Shown here: in pieces, positions 37,666-48,965 of the stretch
How positions within the stretch are numbered: the stretch's first letter is position 1
How the letters are laid out: every line of letters starts with the position of its first letter
DNA from: Lama guanicoe
Taxonomy: Eukaryota
Direction of reading: 5' to 3'
DNA: 64,000 nucleotides
NCBI GenBank assembly: GCA_013239625.1
Contig: MU054187.1
Location: 7,598,358-7,662,357 of the forward strand
The notes under the pieces: model-generated
Seen by the model: the letters and a program-made list of their open reading frames with translations, nothing else
Database searches by the model: none
Told to the model about the DNA's origin: nothing
Program-made: the position numbers and the translations under genes

Positions 37666-38257
37666 CAGTTGACTGCTTCCGGAGGGATGTGGTGCCCGTG
37701 TGAGGCGGGGACGCTAATGAATAGTAACGGAATGCTTTCATCCTGGTATAAATGTTTAAGGTTTGTCATCAAAGACTTTCAAAATCAACACAAAACATCT
37801 GAGAGACAGAATTCACTACTTCCTGGCTCCCATCTTCTCCTCTCCCACGCACATCCACTGCCCAGAAGAGTGTCCAGAACGAGGGCTCAGGAGAGTGTCT
37901 GTTGAATGGATGTAAAAAAGGCCTCCAACACTCAGTTATCAGGAGCTGGGGAAAATAATCCTATTGGCCAGTTGGGACACCAGACCATCAATTTATTTCA
38001 AACTCCTTCTCTGGATTCAAGCTGAACTGTCTTCTCCTTTTCTCTAGTTATTTCCATTACCCTCTGGGGTCAGTTTCTGCATTACTTGCACAGAGAAGTC
38101 CCTCCTGTCCCCTTGCTCTACTCTGCTACCCCCAGCAAGTCAAGTAGGCGCTCTTAGAGGGAGTACGTAGCTTCCATATTTTCCCTTTATATAGTATTTG
38201 TAACTGTAATACAAACTGTAATACAGTTTTCCCTCCAAGATTCTGCACTGCAGTGCA

Positions 38258-38264
<7 letters not shown>

Positions 38265-38303
<39 letters not shown>

Positions 38304-38325
38304 CACACACACACACACACACACA
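38265..38325. repeat. Head-to-head (GT)18-AT-(AC)11A microsatellite containing a 48-bp perfect palindrome
   Basis: Read directly; palindrome 38278-38325 is centred on gtatac. Confidence 0.95.
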
Positions 38326-38397
38326 GTGATTTCCATGGAGGGAAGGTTGATGTGTTTCATTCATGTTGTTTCTCAGGGGATTAGAAAGGTAATGTTC

Positions 38398-38706
38398 TTT
38401 TTCTTTTCTTTTAGATTCCACATATGAATGATATCACATGGTATTTTTCTTTCTCTTTCTGGCTTACTTCACTTAGAATGACAGTCTCTAGGTCCATTCT
38501 TTTTTATGGCTGAGTAGTATTCCATTGTATATATATACCACAACTTTATCCATTCATCTGTTGATGGACATTTAGGTTGTTCCCATGTCTTGACTATTGT
38601 ATATAGCAGAAATATATGTATGTATATGTATGACTGAAACATTATGCTGTACACCAGAAGCTGACACATTGCAACTGACTATATAGTTCAATTAAAAAAA
38701 AAAAAA
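38398..38706 (+). mobile_element. 5'-inverted (twin-primed) L1
   Basis: Antisense L1 segment ~38398-38600 joined to a sense L1 3' terminus and poly-A at ~38608-38706; TSD-like agaaaggtaatgttc / agaaattggaatgttc. Confidence 0.8.
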
Positions 38707-39858
38707 AGAAATTGGAATGTTCAAATTGTAGCTATTTGTTGGAGGAATACCTGAATGAGTGAATCAACTTTAGCAGTAGTCATCCAGAACTGTTCATTGA
38801 TGAATAGAGCTATAAACAAAATGCCATCGCCCTTGCTAATAAGTCAGTTGTTAAAGTCTCTTCAACCCGTTTATTCTAACGTTTGAGGGACATATTTCAA
38901 AAGTACACATTTTCTTCTTTGGTTTAGAAGGGCTCAGAAACTGATTACTGTGGCTTCTGATTCCTGCTCATTAGCTCCTGTTTGGAGATTTTTCTTGCAG
39001 GAACTTGACCTGCTCTGACCTCGATCTGGCTTGAGTTTGGATACTCTTGGTGCTGCTGCGAATGTGGTTTTGTCCCTTTTTGAAGTGGAGAAATGAAAAG
39101 CGATCACACACACACACACAATTCTCTCTTCTTGATCAAAATTTCTAGAGTAACTCTCTCCCTGAGTTTCTAAAATTTTATTTCTAAGAGCACTTATTTG
39201 TTGTATCGAAGATGAGGGATGTTGAAGGCAGGTAGGAGAGGACACACCTTAGTGAGACACCTACCAGAAATGAATCAAGTTTGGGAATATTCAGTAGAAA
39301 TCCTATCTTGAATGATCCTAACCTTATATGATATTGACATTTTAACTATATTAATATCTTAATATTTATTTGCTTTGGCTTATAATTTGGTGTATTTTGA
39401 CCTCTGGCTTTAAAGCTCTGAATCTGAGAACACACCTGGACTGGCAAAATTAATTTTCTCATAAACCATCAACACTATTCACCTTACATGCATCATATCC
39501 CATAAAGATTTCTGCTCAAGGTGTTTACTTCTGAAGAGACTCTTTTGAAAAATGAAAGCCAAACTGTAAGGCCAGGAAAAATGCAGTTTTTAGTCACTGT
39601 TTAAACACATGGTTGCTATCTGCCCCAGATCTTAAGTTAATCTCCAAACAGATAAAATTAAAACCTACTTATTTTCACAGAAATATAATTTCTAAAATTA
39701 AGCAGCAATTTAATAAAGAATTTGTAGAAATGCCTTGTTCTCAGGTATAGGATTAGTCGTGGGTGGGCTTCTTCTAATGGAATATAATTTGTAATTTTCT
39801 AGGTACGTAAGTTTTAGAAATCCATTCTACACCCATAGACTCAGAGGCGTTTTACTTA

Positions 39859-39918
39859 TGAAAAATTCTTTTTTTGGGTAAAGTATCTGAAAAATTCTTT
39901 TTTTGGGTAAAGCATCTG
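39859..39918. repeat. 29-bp tandem duplication
   Basis: tgaaaaattctttttttgggtaaagYatc twice. Confidence 0.9.
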
Positions 39919-40164
39919 CCATAATGGATTTTTACAGTTTGTTTATTTAAATAAAATTGTACAGTGTATTGTCATGCCCAAGTGAGAAACCTGAAATCTC
40001 TCATTTATGACCTGTTTCCATCCTTATCTTTTCCACATTAGCTATTGGTATCTGACTGTGTAACAGACCCTCCCTTTAACTTTTTAAATTCTAAAGCATT
40101 CTAGAAGTGAGGAAAGAGACAAGAGACTGCTATGCATCCCTCAATATTATTTTTTTTAAGACTT

Positions 40165-40563
40165 AGCAATAGAATTCCTGTCTAACTTCATTAAAGAATA
40201 CATTTCTAAGGCTTCCTTGATAGATGTGGCCAAGTGACTGTGCTTTGGCCAGTAAGATGTAAACAGAAGTGTCATATATAACTTCTGTAAGGTATCCTCG
40301 AGGGTAAGGGTCAAATTTTATTTTAAACTCTCTTTTTCCTCCCTGGTTAGAATACGGATAGGAGGGTTGGATCTGGAGCAGCTCTTCTGGACTGTGAGGT
40401 AAAGTCATGTGGTGGAAATAAACAGCAGAGCTATGAGACAGATGGGGGAGCCACCCACCAGCCTTGAACCGCCACTGCCGGACTTTGCCTAAGATAGTAA
40501 TACTTTTGTTTAAAACTTGTTAGGCTAAATTTTCTGTTTTCAGTTAAGCCTAATCTTAAACTA
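40165..40563 (+). mobile_element. Old MaLR LTR (MLT1H-J class)
   Basis: tagatgtggccaagtgact...tggccagtaagatgtaaacagaagtg...ccaccagccttgaac...agcctaatcttaaac. Confidence 0.65.
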
Positions 40564-42729
40564 TGTAAGGAGCTGGACTGGATTTCATGAGACTTTCACA
40601 GGCAAGTGTTCAGAGCTGTGTTGTGATTTGTCCTAGTGGAATCTGGGGGGATGAATTTATGGGTGGCTGGAACCCCTATGCTGGGACTCGTGTGAGGTCC
40701 TGCCTGTGGCTGCAGGTGTGGCAGGTGTAGTCAGGGGCTCTCCTGGGTCTACTGTGCACAGCAGACGGGGTGCGGCCGCTGCCCAAGAGGACTGGTAGGT
40801 AGTGTTACGTCTAACATCTCCAGCAGGGATAGTGAGGTGGTTTCAAAGGAGAGGGACTTGCAGATTCCTAGTCATCAACATTTCATAGTCATATTTTGAG
40901 CTTAAATATGTCTCTGTTTGACCCAAGAGCAAAGTTAAACCTTCCCCCGAATCCTAATAATGACCTAAGAGCATCCAAGTATTCTTAAACACTTAAGCAC
41001 ATTATTTAAATTTAGCGGAGATTTGAAAATGGTTCTGATGGCATTCGTTTTAGAAGAGGATTTAAAACCTGTTTAGAAAGAAGGTTTATTAACCTAGTAG
41101 AACAATTTTATGACAATTACTTGGACTCTGGTTTTCCCTTTGATGGGAGTAGTTTGTGTTACTTCTTTACATGGAACAGATTAGTTTCATTTTACTTTAC
41201 CTTTCTATCTATATATTTTTATCTTAAAGAAGAAACTGATATAAATAATAAAAAAAATCTAAAAAATTGAAGTGGAACTAGGACCCTGGGGTGTTTTACC
41301 AGCCTATAAAAATATATGTGACATTGAAAGTGATACTTACCTGCCCTCTATAGCTTGAAGGGTAACAAAATAGTTCTTAAATTTCTAAGAGTATGTTTCT
41401 CGTATGTAGATAAGGTTCTTAAATTTCTAGCCAAAATCGTCTTCTCGGTTGCTGTGAGTGTCTCAGTTTTTGACAGCGCAGCCCTTTTCATGTGAAAATA
41501 GTGCTACTGGTTTCTGGTATAAATGAATATTTCACGTGAGCTTATCCTTTTATTGTCTCCCTCAAAGTAAATCTATTTTTGGGGGGTCATTTTTGTGTTG
41601 TGCTTGGAAGGAAGCGTTGGGCGATTGTTAAGAAGCGGTTGCCCCTGAAAATCATCGGAACCAGTTTAAAGACTTCTCCTCTAGTGTCCTGGGAATAAAT
41701 CATTAGATGGCGCAGAAGATCGACCCAGTAAGTGGCTCCTTTTCAAAACCATGCCGCAAGCAGACACGTTGTTTTCTTAAAAATGCTAATCATTAAGCTT
41801 TGACAATTAGAACTCATATTATAATTAAACTTTTTAGAGTTACTAGGTTTCTTTAATATGTCTAACTCTTTAAGGATATAGCAAACCACATCAATTGGTA
41901 AAATTAAATTGTATTTTGTTTGCCCACTTGGAAAATGTACTGAGCGCTAGAGGGTTGGGGCTGAGAATGATTCAGCTCTGAACAACTAGTTTTTTAAGTT
42001 GCCTCATTTGATAGAAAAGACAGAAGCTCACGCGTATTGTTGAATTTCCTTTAAATCTTAAAATGAAGCTCATGGTCTTGAGTAGAGTGCTATTTTCAGA
42101 GGCTAAGAGAGCATCTGGGTTTTTTTTCCCCCCTGAAGAGAGTTCATTTCTGAATTATTTGGGTTATTCCAGAGAGTCTGTGTGAAATATCTAGGCTCTT
42201 GTCTCATTCCTTATTTATATCTCGCCAACATCAAATTCTAACGATTCTTTATTTTACAAAGCAGTTCTGATCCTGTGCTTTGCACAGGTAGATATACACC
42301 CACACGGCCATTCATCTCATTTTCACGTCCGCTGAACCTGCATCTTCGTTGTTCTTTAAGAGAATCTCATGGAGAGTGTGCTGACGGGTGGTGCCTCTGT
42401 CTCTAGCCTGCCCCAACCATCCCAGCCTTACAGCTCTAAGTTCTATTTTCACATCTTGTTCCTTATTTTAGCGAACATCTGATTGAGGAAGAGAGTGTAT
42501 TTTTACTGAAAGACTTCCTGGTAAAAAGTTCCACAGTGTCCCATTTCAGTGTTTAACACCATGTTTTGTGGAAGACTCTTGAATCCAAATTTTTGGGAAA
42601 AGCATTTTTTCTCTCCCATGAAGAGTCAAATTCCTTTCTGACATTCGCAAGCATCCCCTCTCTCTTCCCTTTCCTCTCTTTTGCTACCATCTGGGAATTG
42701 TAACAGTCGAATGCCACGGAGCTCAAGTC

Positions 42730-43080
42730 ACACCATGTTTCTGTCTGTTTGTCCATCTCTCCATCTCTCCATATGGCCCTGGAGTGTTGTGCTTAAAATC
42801 TCAGTTTCAGGCTTCAATTTGGGGGAACAAGGTGGGGCTGGCATCACCTTTGGGAAACCTGTGATCAGATATTTACAAGTCTTAGATCCCAGGGAAAGAG
42901 GTGCTGGGGAGAGTTTATGAATCCACGCTGTGTCTGGGTGTGGGGGGAGGTACTGGGATTTGCAGCTGACCAGAACAGGTAGTGGAGGAGGGTACGTTCC
43001 CCAATGGGAGGTAACGAGGTGCTGTTTCCAGTGGGAGGAAAGGGATGCTGGAGTGATGGAAATAACAGATGTCTACTCCA
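42730..43080 (-). mobile_element. Old MaLR LTR (MLT1K/L-like)
   Basis: ttccccaatgg...gtgctgtttcca...ggatgctgg...aataacagatgtctact resembles the antisense MLT1K start. Confidence 0.55.
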
Positions 43081-44314
43081 GGCAGAAAACTATAAATAAC
43101 TAGTCCATGATATGTTTACGCCCATATCTCCATATCTATACCAGTATCTGCATCTATATTTCTAAATATGTGTCAATATCCATGTCTGTCTCTATCTACA
43201 TTCACCTATTGTCTATAGAAGAGTTATTTATTTTATAGCCCTTTGGAATACGTTTCTGTTTAGGATGATCCATTATATGAATATAGCCACTGGATAAATA
43301 TTTATTGAACACTGACGGTAACACACACAGTTCTAGGAAAATAAAAAATCCAGTTCAAATGGTCCCTGTCCTGTATGTCTTATTTTTTTCTCAACCATTA
43401 GAATTAATGTTGCTTCAAAGCAGGTGAAATATTCTTATAACGTTTTGCACACAGTATGCACACATGATTTATTCACTTTCTCTTTATATGACATTGTCAG
43501 AAGGAATACTCCTGGGAAAAGATATGTGACACTTTATATAATTTAAAGTGTTCTTGCATTGGAGAGAGAAAATTTCTTACCCGAAATCTGAACTTTGCAA
43601 TTTTTTTGAAGTTGGTGTTTTCCAGCCATTGATTTTCTTTTCATTACTGAGGAAGGTGCTCTTCCTCCAGAAAATATTGTTGATTTTATTTGCTGAGATA
43701 CAGATTATACAACTAATTTTTAAAACATGAGTCTGGTAAATAAGCTTAAGATTAATGTAGAAAAATATGGCTAAGTAATAAAGATGTTTATGTAATGAAC
43801 AGTTGTTTTATTGTATTTGGCAACTGGTTCTGCTCTTTTTTTTTTATTCCAGAGAATGCAATATAGTTTTATTTAAAATGTTATAGAATAGTTTGAGTCT
43901 CTGGTCTGAAACATGATTTGTAATGATGAGATGAAAAATGTATCCATTAGTAACAGCAGTTTGATAGTAGCCGTATATTTACTTTTATTAATTTTCACTT
44001 TTTCATCTTAAAATGAATTAACCATCTTGATGGTTTGCTCTAGGGGTTACTGTGTGAAATTATAAGTCAAAATGATTATGGTGCAAATGGAAAACATAGA
44101 CTTTACGACCTTTCAAACACTTAAGCTAGTTTCAGAAATAGGACTGTATGAATTCTGCTTTTGAAATGTTTCTTCGCATCATGGTACCTCATACATTATA
44201 AATTCGGTGGTGCAGTTGCATATATAAAAGTGAGATTCAGGATTTATTCACTTCCAACCACTATTTGGTAGCAAGTGAATAAAATACATTTTAAACTATC
44301 TTGAGGGGAAAAAA

Positions 44315-44775
44315 AAAAGGATTATTTATTGACACATACAACCCATCCGTGAACAGGCTGGGGGGTAGATCTAGTCTCAGGGTCAATCAAACGAGGGCCT
44401 GGAAGGGCTTCTGACCTCAGCCTCTCTATCTGTTGGTCTGTTCCATCTGTTTTTCCATCTCTCAGTCTCTTTACTTGGCTTCTATGTGCTAGTGCTCAGA
44501 GTATCAGATTTCGGGCTTCCCTTTCTGTGGGAGAACATTACCTGTGGGAAACCTGGGATCACATCCTCTTTACAATTTTCAGACCCAAGGGGGAGGGTTA
44601 CTGGTTGGGAGTCCGAGTTCAGCCCGTGTCTGGGTGTGGAAGGAGACAGATGCTGAGATTTGCAGCCGAGCAGAAGATACAGTGGGGGAGGGTCAGTTCC
44701 CCAATGGAAGGTAGGAGGTGCTGTTCCTACTGGGAGGAAGGGATGTTGGAGAGACTGAGAGTAAAGATGTTTACT
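44315..44775 (-). mobile_element. Old MaLR LTR (MLT1K/L-like)
   Basis: aaaggattatttattg..cataca..., ending ttccccaatgg...ggatgttgg...agatgtttact; homologous to 42730-43080. Confidence 0.55.
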
Positions 44776-44977
44776 TTCAGAAAGAAAACCTTTTGCATAT
44801 TTTTTTTTTTACCAGTTTAGAGCACCAGTTGAATTATTGGCGGCCCCAGAAATTGGTGTTAGAAATTACCAATGGATCTTTAAGTGCAAAGTAGCATGAT
44901 CATGAACAGAACATCTCTGGCATCAGAAAAATTTGAGTTAGAATCCCAGCCTTACCTCTTAGTAGCTCTGTGGCCTT

Positions 44978-45384
44978 TGTTACGGGTTGAATTGTGTTCC
45001 CCCGAAGTCATATGTTGAAGTCCACCCTTCAGGACCTCAGCCTGTGACCTTATTTGAAGACAGAGTCTTCACACAGACCCTCATTTTAGGTTAAAATGAG
45101 GTCCTTAGAGTGGGCTTTAATCCAACATGGCTGGTGTCCTGGCACAAGGGGAAATTTGCACATAGAGATGGACACACACAGAGGAAAGATGATGTGATGA
45201 TGGCCATGTCAAGGCCAGGATGGGGGCCAGGAATAGACCCTTTCCTCCCCCAGAAGGAAGTGGTGCAGCCGACACCCTTGATTTTGGACTTTCAGCCTCC
45301 AGAACTTTGTGACAAGACCTTTCTTTTTGTTTAAGCCACCTGGCCTGTGGGACTTTGTTATGGCAGTCCTAGGAAATGAATACA
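44978..45384 (+). mobile_element. MaLR solo LTR (MLT1B/C-like), inserted in a MIR; copy 1
   Basis: tgttacgggttgaattgtgttcccc...gtgaccttatttgaa...ggactttcagcctccagaact...ttgttatggcagtcctaggaaatgaataca; 5-bp TSD gcctt/gccct. Confidence 0.88.
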
Positions 45385-45506
45385 GCCCTCAACAGCTTAC
45401 TTCCATTTGTAGGGTCACTCAGTAAATATCAGCACCTTTTTAAATTCCCCTCTCCTTCCTTTACCTCTTTAACCCATTGTCCTGTAATCTGAAAAACTGA
45501 TGACAC

Positions 45507-46351
45507 TTTTTTTTTAAGTCTAGTTGATTAACAATGTTTCAGGTGTACAGCAAAGTGATTCTGTTATACCTCTATATACATAAATAAATCTATTCTTTTT
45601 CAGATTTTTTTTCCATTATAGGTTATTATAAGGTATTGAATATAGTTCCCTGTGTTCTACAGTAGGCCCTTGCTGGTTATCTGTTTTATATATGCTAATC
45701 GCCAAATCCTAATTTATCCCTCCTCCCTTTCCCCTTTTGTTTTCTATGTCCATGGGTCTGTTTCTGTTTTGGTAAATGGATTTATTTGTATCTTTTTTTT
45801 TGGACTCCGCATATAAGTGATATCATAGAGCATGTATCTTGCTCTGTCTGACCTACTTGGTATGATAATCTCCAGGTCCATCCATGTTGCTGCAAATAGC
45901 ACTATCTCATTCTTTTTATAACTGGGTAATATTCCGTTGTATGTACACGCTGCATCTTCTTTATCCACTCGTCTGTTGATGAACATTTAGGCTGCTTCCA
46001 TGTCTTAGCTATTGTAAATAGTGCTGCTATGAACGTTGGAGGGTGTGTATATTTTTGAATTAGAGTTTTCTCCAGATATATGCCCAGAAGTGGGATTACT
46101 GGATCACATGGCAAGTCTATTTTTAGTTTTTTAAGGAACCTCCATACTGTCCTCCATAGTGGCTGCACCCATTTATAGTCCCATCCGCAGTGTAGGAGGG
46201 ATCCGTTTCCCCCACAGTCCTCCCCAGCATTTATTATTTGCAGACTTTTTACTGATGGGCATTCTGACCGGTGAGGTGATACCTCGTTGCAGTTCTGACT
46301 GGCATTTCTCTAGCAGCCAGTGACGTCGAGCATCTTTCCATGTGCCTGTTG
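45507..46351 (-). mobile_element. 5'-truncated L1 (ORF2 C-terminus plus 3' UTR); copy 1
   Basis: ORF 45902-46168 (-) reads [29 protein letters not shown]...FIAALFTIAKTWKQPKC, the L1 ORF2 end; TSD-like actgatgaca / actgctgaca. Confidence 0.93.
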
Positions 46352-47002
46352 ACTGCTGACAAGTTTTATGTCCTTCTACCCTTTTCAGAAGTAAGATAGG
46401 TTGCAAAAGTGTCAGGCTGCCTCAGTGCAGATCCAGGTGAGAATTCAAATAACCGCCTAGGAGGAGGAGGAAAATGGTTTATTAAAGGAGGAAACAATAG
46501 CTATTTTTATAGATGAACATAATGGCTTTTTACCTTTTTAAATAATTTCATTACAATTTTTAAAGATTACGTTCCATTTACAGTTATTTTAAAATATTGA
46601 CTATTTCCTCCATGTTGTACAATACATCCTTGTAGCCTGTCTTCTACCTAGAAGTTGAACATACTGGGTGTTAATTGAAATTTTATTAAGTAGAGGGATA
46701 TAATATCTTCAGAGCATGATTGCTCAAGAGGTAGGTTCTAGCGTTAGACAATCTGCATTTTAAATCTCACTTCTGCCATTCACTATGATCCTGGGCCAAT
46801 TTCAGAAAGAAAACCTTTTGCATATTTTTTTTTTTACCAGTTTAGAGCACCAGTTGAATTATTGGCGGCCCCAGAAATTGGTGTTAGAAATTACCAATGG
46901 ATCTTTAAGTGCAAAGTAGCATGATCATGAACAGAACATCTCTGGCATCAGAAAAATTTGAGTTAGAATCCCAGCCTTACCTCTTAGTAGCTCTGTGGCC
47001 TT

Positions 47003-47409
47003 TGTTACGGGTTGAATTGTGTTCCCCCGAAGTCATATGTTGAAGTCCACCCTTCAGGACCTCAGCCTGTGACCTTATTTGAAGACAGAGTCTTCACACA
47101 GACCCTCATTTTAGGTTAAAATGAGGTCCTTAGAGTGGGCTTTAATCCAACATGGCTGGTGTCCTGGCACAAGGGGAAATTTGCACATAGAGATGGACAC
47201 ACACAGAGGAAAGATGATGTGATGATGGCCATGTCAAGGCCAGGACGGGGGCCAGGAATAGACCCTTTCCTCCCCCAGAAGGAAGTGGTGCAGCCGACAC
47301 CCTTGATTTTGGACTTTCAGCCTCCAGAACTTTGTGACAAGACCTTTCTTTTTGTTTAAGCCACCTGGCCTGTGGGACTTCGTTATGGCAGTCCTAGGAA
47401 ATGAATACA
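47003..47409 (+). mobile_element. MaLR solo LTR (MLT1B/C-like); copy 2
   Basis: Duplicate of 44978-45384. Confidence 0.88.
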
Positions 47410-47531
47410 GCCCTCAACAGCTTACTTCCATTTGTAGGGTCACTCAGTAAATATCAGCACCTTTTTAAATTCCCCTCTCCTTCCTTTACCTCTTTAACCC
47501 ATTGTCCTGTAATCTGAAAAACTGATGACAC

Positions 47532-48376
47532 TTTTTTTTTAAGTCTAGTTGATTAACAATGTTTCAGGTGTACAGCAAAGTGATTCTGTTATACCTCTAT
47601 ATACATAAATAAATCTATTCTTTTTCAGATTTTTTTTCCATTATAGGTTATTATAAGGTATTGAATATAGTTCCCTGTGTTCTACAGTAGGCCCTTGCTG
47701 GTTATCTGTTTTATATATGCTAATCGCCAAATCCTAATTTATCCCTCCTCCCTTTCCCCTTTTGTTTTCTATGTCCATGGGTCTGTTTCTGTTTTGGTAA
47801 ATGGATTTATTTGTATCTTTTTTTTTGGACTCCGCATATAAGTGATATCATAGAGCATGTATCTTGCTCTGTCTGACCTACTTGGTATGATAATCTCCAG
47901 GTCCATCCATGTTGCTGCAAATAGCACTATCTCATTCTTTTTATAACTGGGTAATATTCCGTTGTATGTACACGCTGCATCTTCTTTATCCACTCGTCTG
48001 TTGATGAACATTTAGGCTGCTTCCATGTCTTAGCTATTGTAAATAGTGCTGCTATGAACGTTGGAGGGTGTGTATATTTTTGAATTAGAGTTTTCTCCAG
48101 ATATATGCCCAGAAGTGGGATTACTGGATCACATGGCAAGTCTATTTTTAGTTTTTTAAGGAACCTCCATACTGTCCTCCATAGTGGCTGCACCAATTTA
48201 TAGTCCCATCCGCAGTGTAGGAGGGATCCGTTTCCCCCACAGTCCTCCCCAGCATTTATTATTTGCAGACTTTTTACTGATGGGCATTCTGACCGGTGAG
48301 GTGATACCTCGTTGCAGTTCTGACTGGCATTTCTCTAGCAGCCACTGACGTCGAGCATCTTTCCATGTGCCTGTTG
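47532..48376 (-). mobile_element. 5'-truncated L1; copy 2
   Basis: Duplicate of 45507-46351; ORF 47927-48196. Confidence 0.93.
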
Positions 48377-48729
48377 ACTGCTGACAAGTTTTATGTCCTT
48401 CTACCCTTTTCAGAAGTAAGATAGGTTGCAAAAGTGTCAGGCTGCCTCAGTGCAGATCCAGGTGAGAATTCAAATAACCGCCTAGGAGGAGGAGGAAAAT
48501 GGTTTATTAAAGGAGGAAACAATAGCTATTTTTATAGATGAACATAATGGCTTTTTACCTTTTTAAATAATTTCATTACAATTTTTAAAGATTACGTTCC
48601 ATTTACAGTTATTTTAAAATATTGACTATTTCCTCCATGTTGTACAATACATCCTTGTAGCCTGTCTTCTACCTAGAAGTTGAACATACTGGGTGTTAAT
48701 TGAAATTTTATTAAGTAGAGGGATATAAT

Positions 48730-48965
48730 ATCTTCAGAGCATGATTGCTCAAGAGGTAGGTTCTAGCGTTAGACAATCTGCATTTTAAATCTCACTTCTG
48801 CCATTCACTATGATCCTGGGCCATTTACATAATCGTGATATATCTCGGTTTCCTCTTCTGTAAAATGGGGCTAATAATAGCTGAATTAGAGGTAAATGAG
48901 TTAGTAAGCACAAAGCTCAGAACAGTTGCGGACCACAGTTAGCTTTCACAACCGGCTGGCTTTTG
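48730..48965 (+). mobile_element. MIR SINE (its first part is also duplicated, truncated, at ~46705-46798)
   Basis: ctcacttctgccattcacta...ctcggtttcctcttctgtaaaatggggctaataatag. Confidence 0.75.

Larger units (their letters stand above)
44775..48823. repeat. 2,025-bp tandem duplication (copy 1 44775-46798; copy 2 46800-48823)
   Basis: Constant offset of 2025, also seen in the ORF track (45110/47135, 45744/47769, 46173/48198); four substitutions found by eye. Confidence 0.97.

Noticed and set aside
41333..41343. U1 snRNA gene or pseudogene
   Set aside because: Only the first 11 nt match; the following sequence does not continue as U1.
45744..46406. ORFs with reverse-transcriptase-element-like peptide (also 23289-23570, 38469-38669, 47769-48431)
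   Set aside because: These are frameshifted C-terminal remnants of L1 ORF2 in 5'-truncated copies, neither an active element nor a gene.
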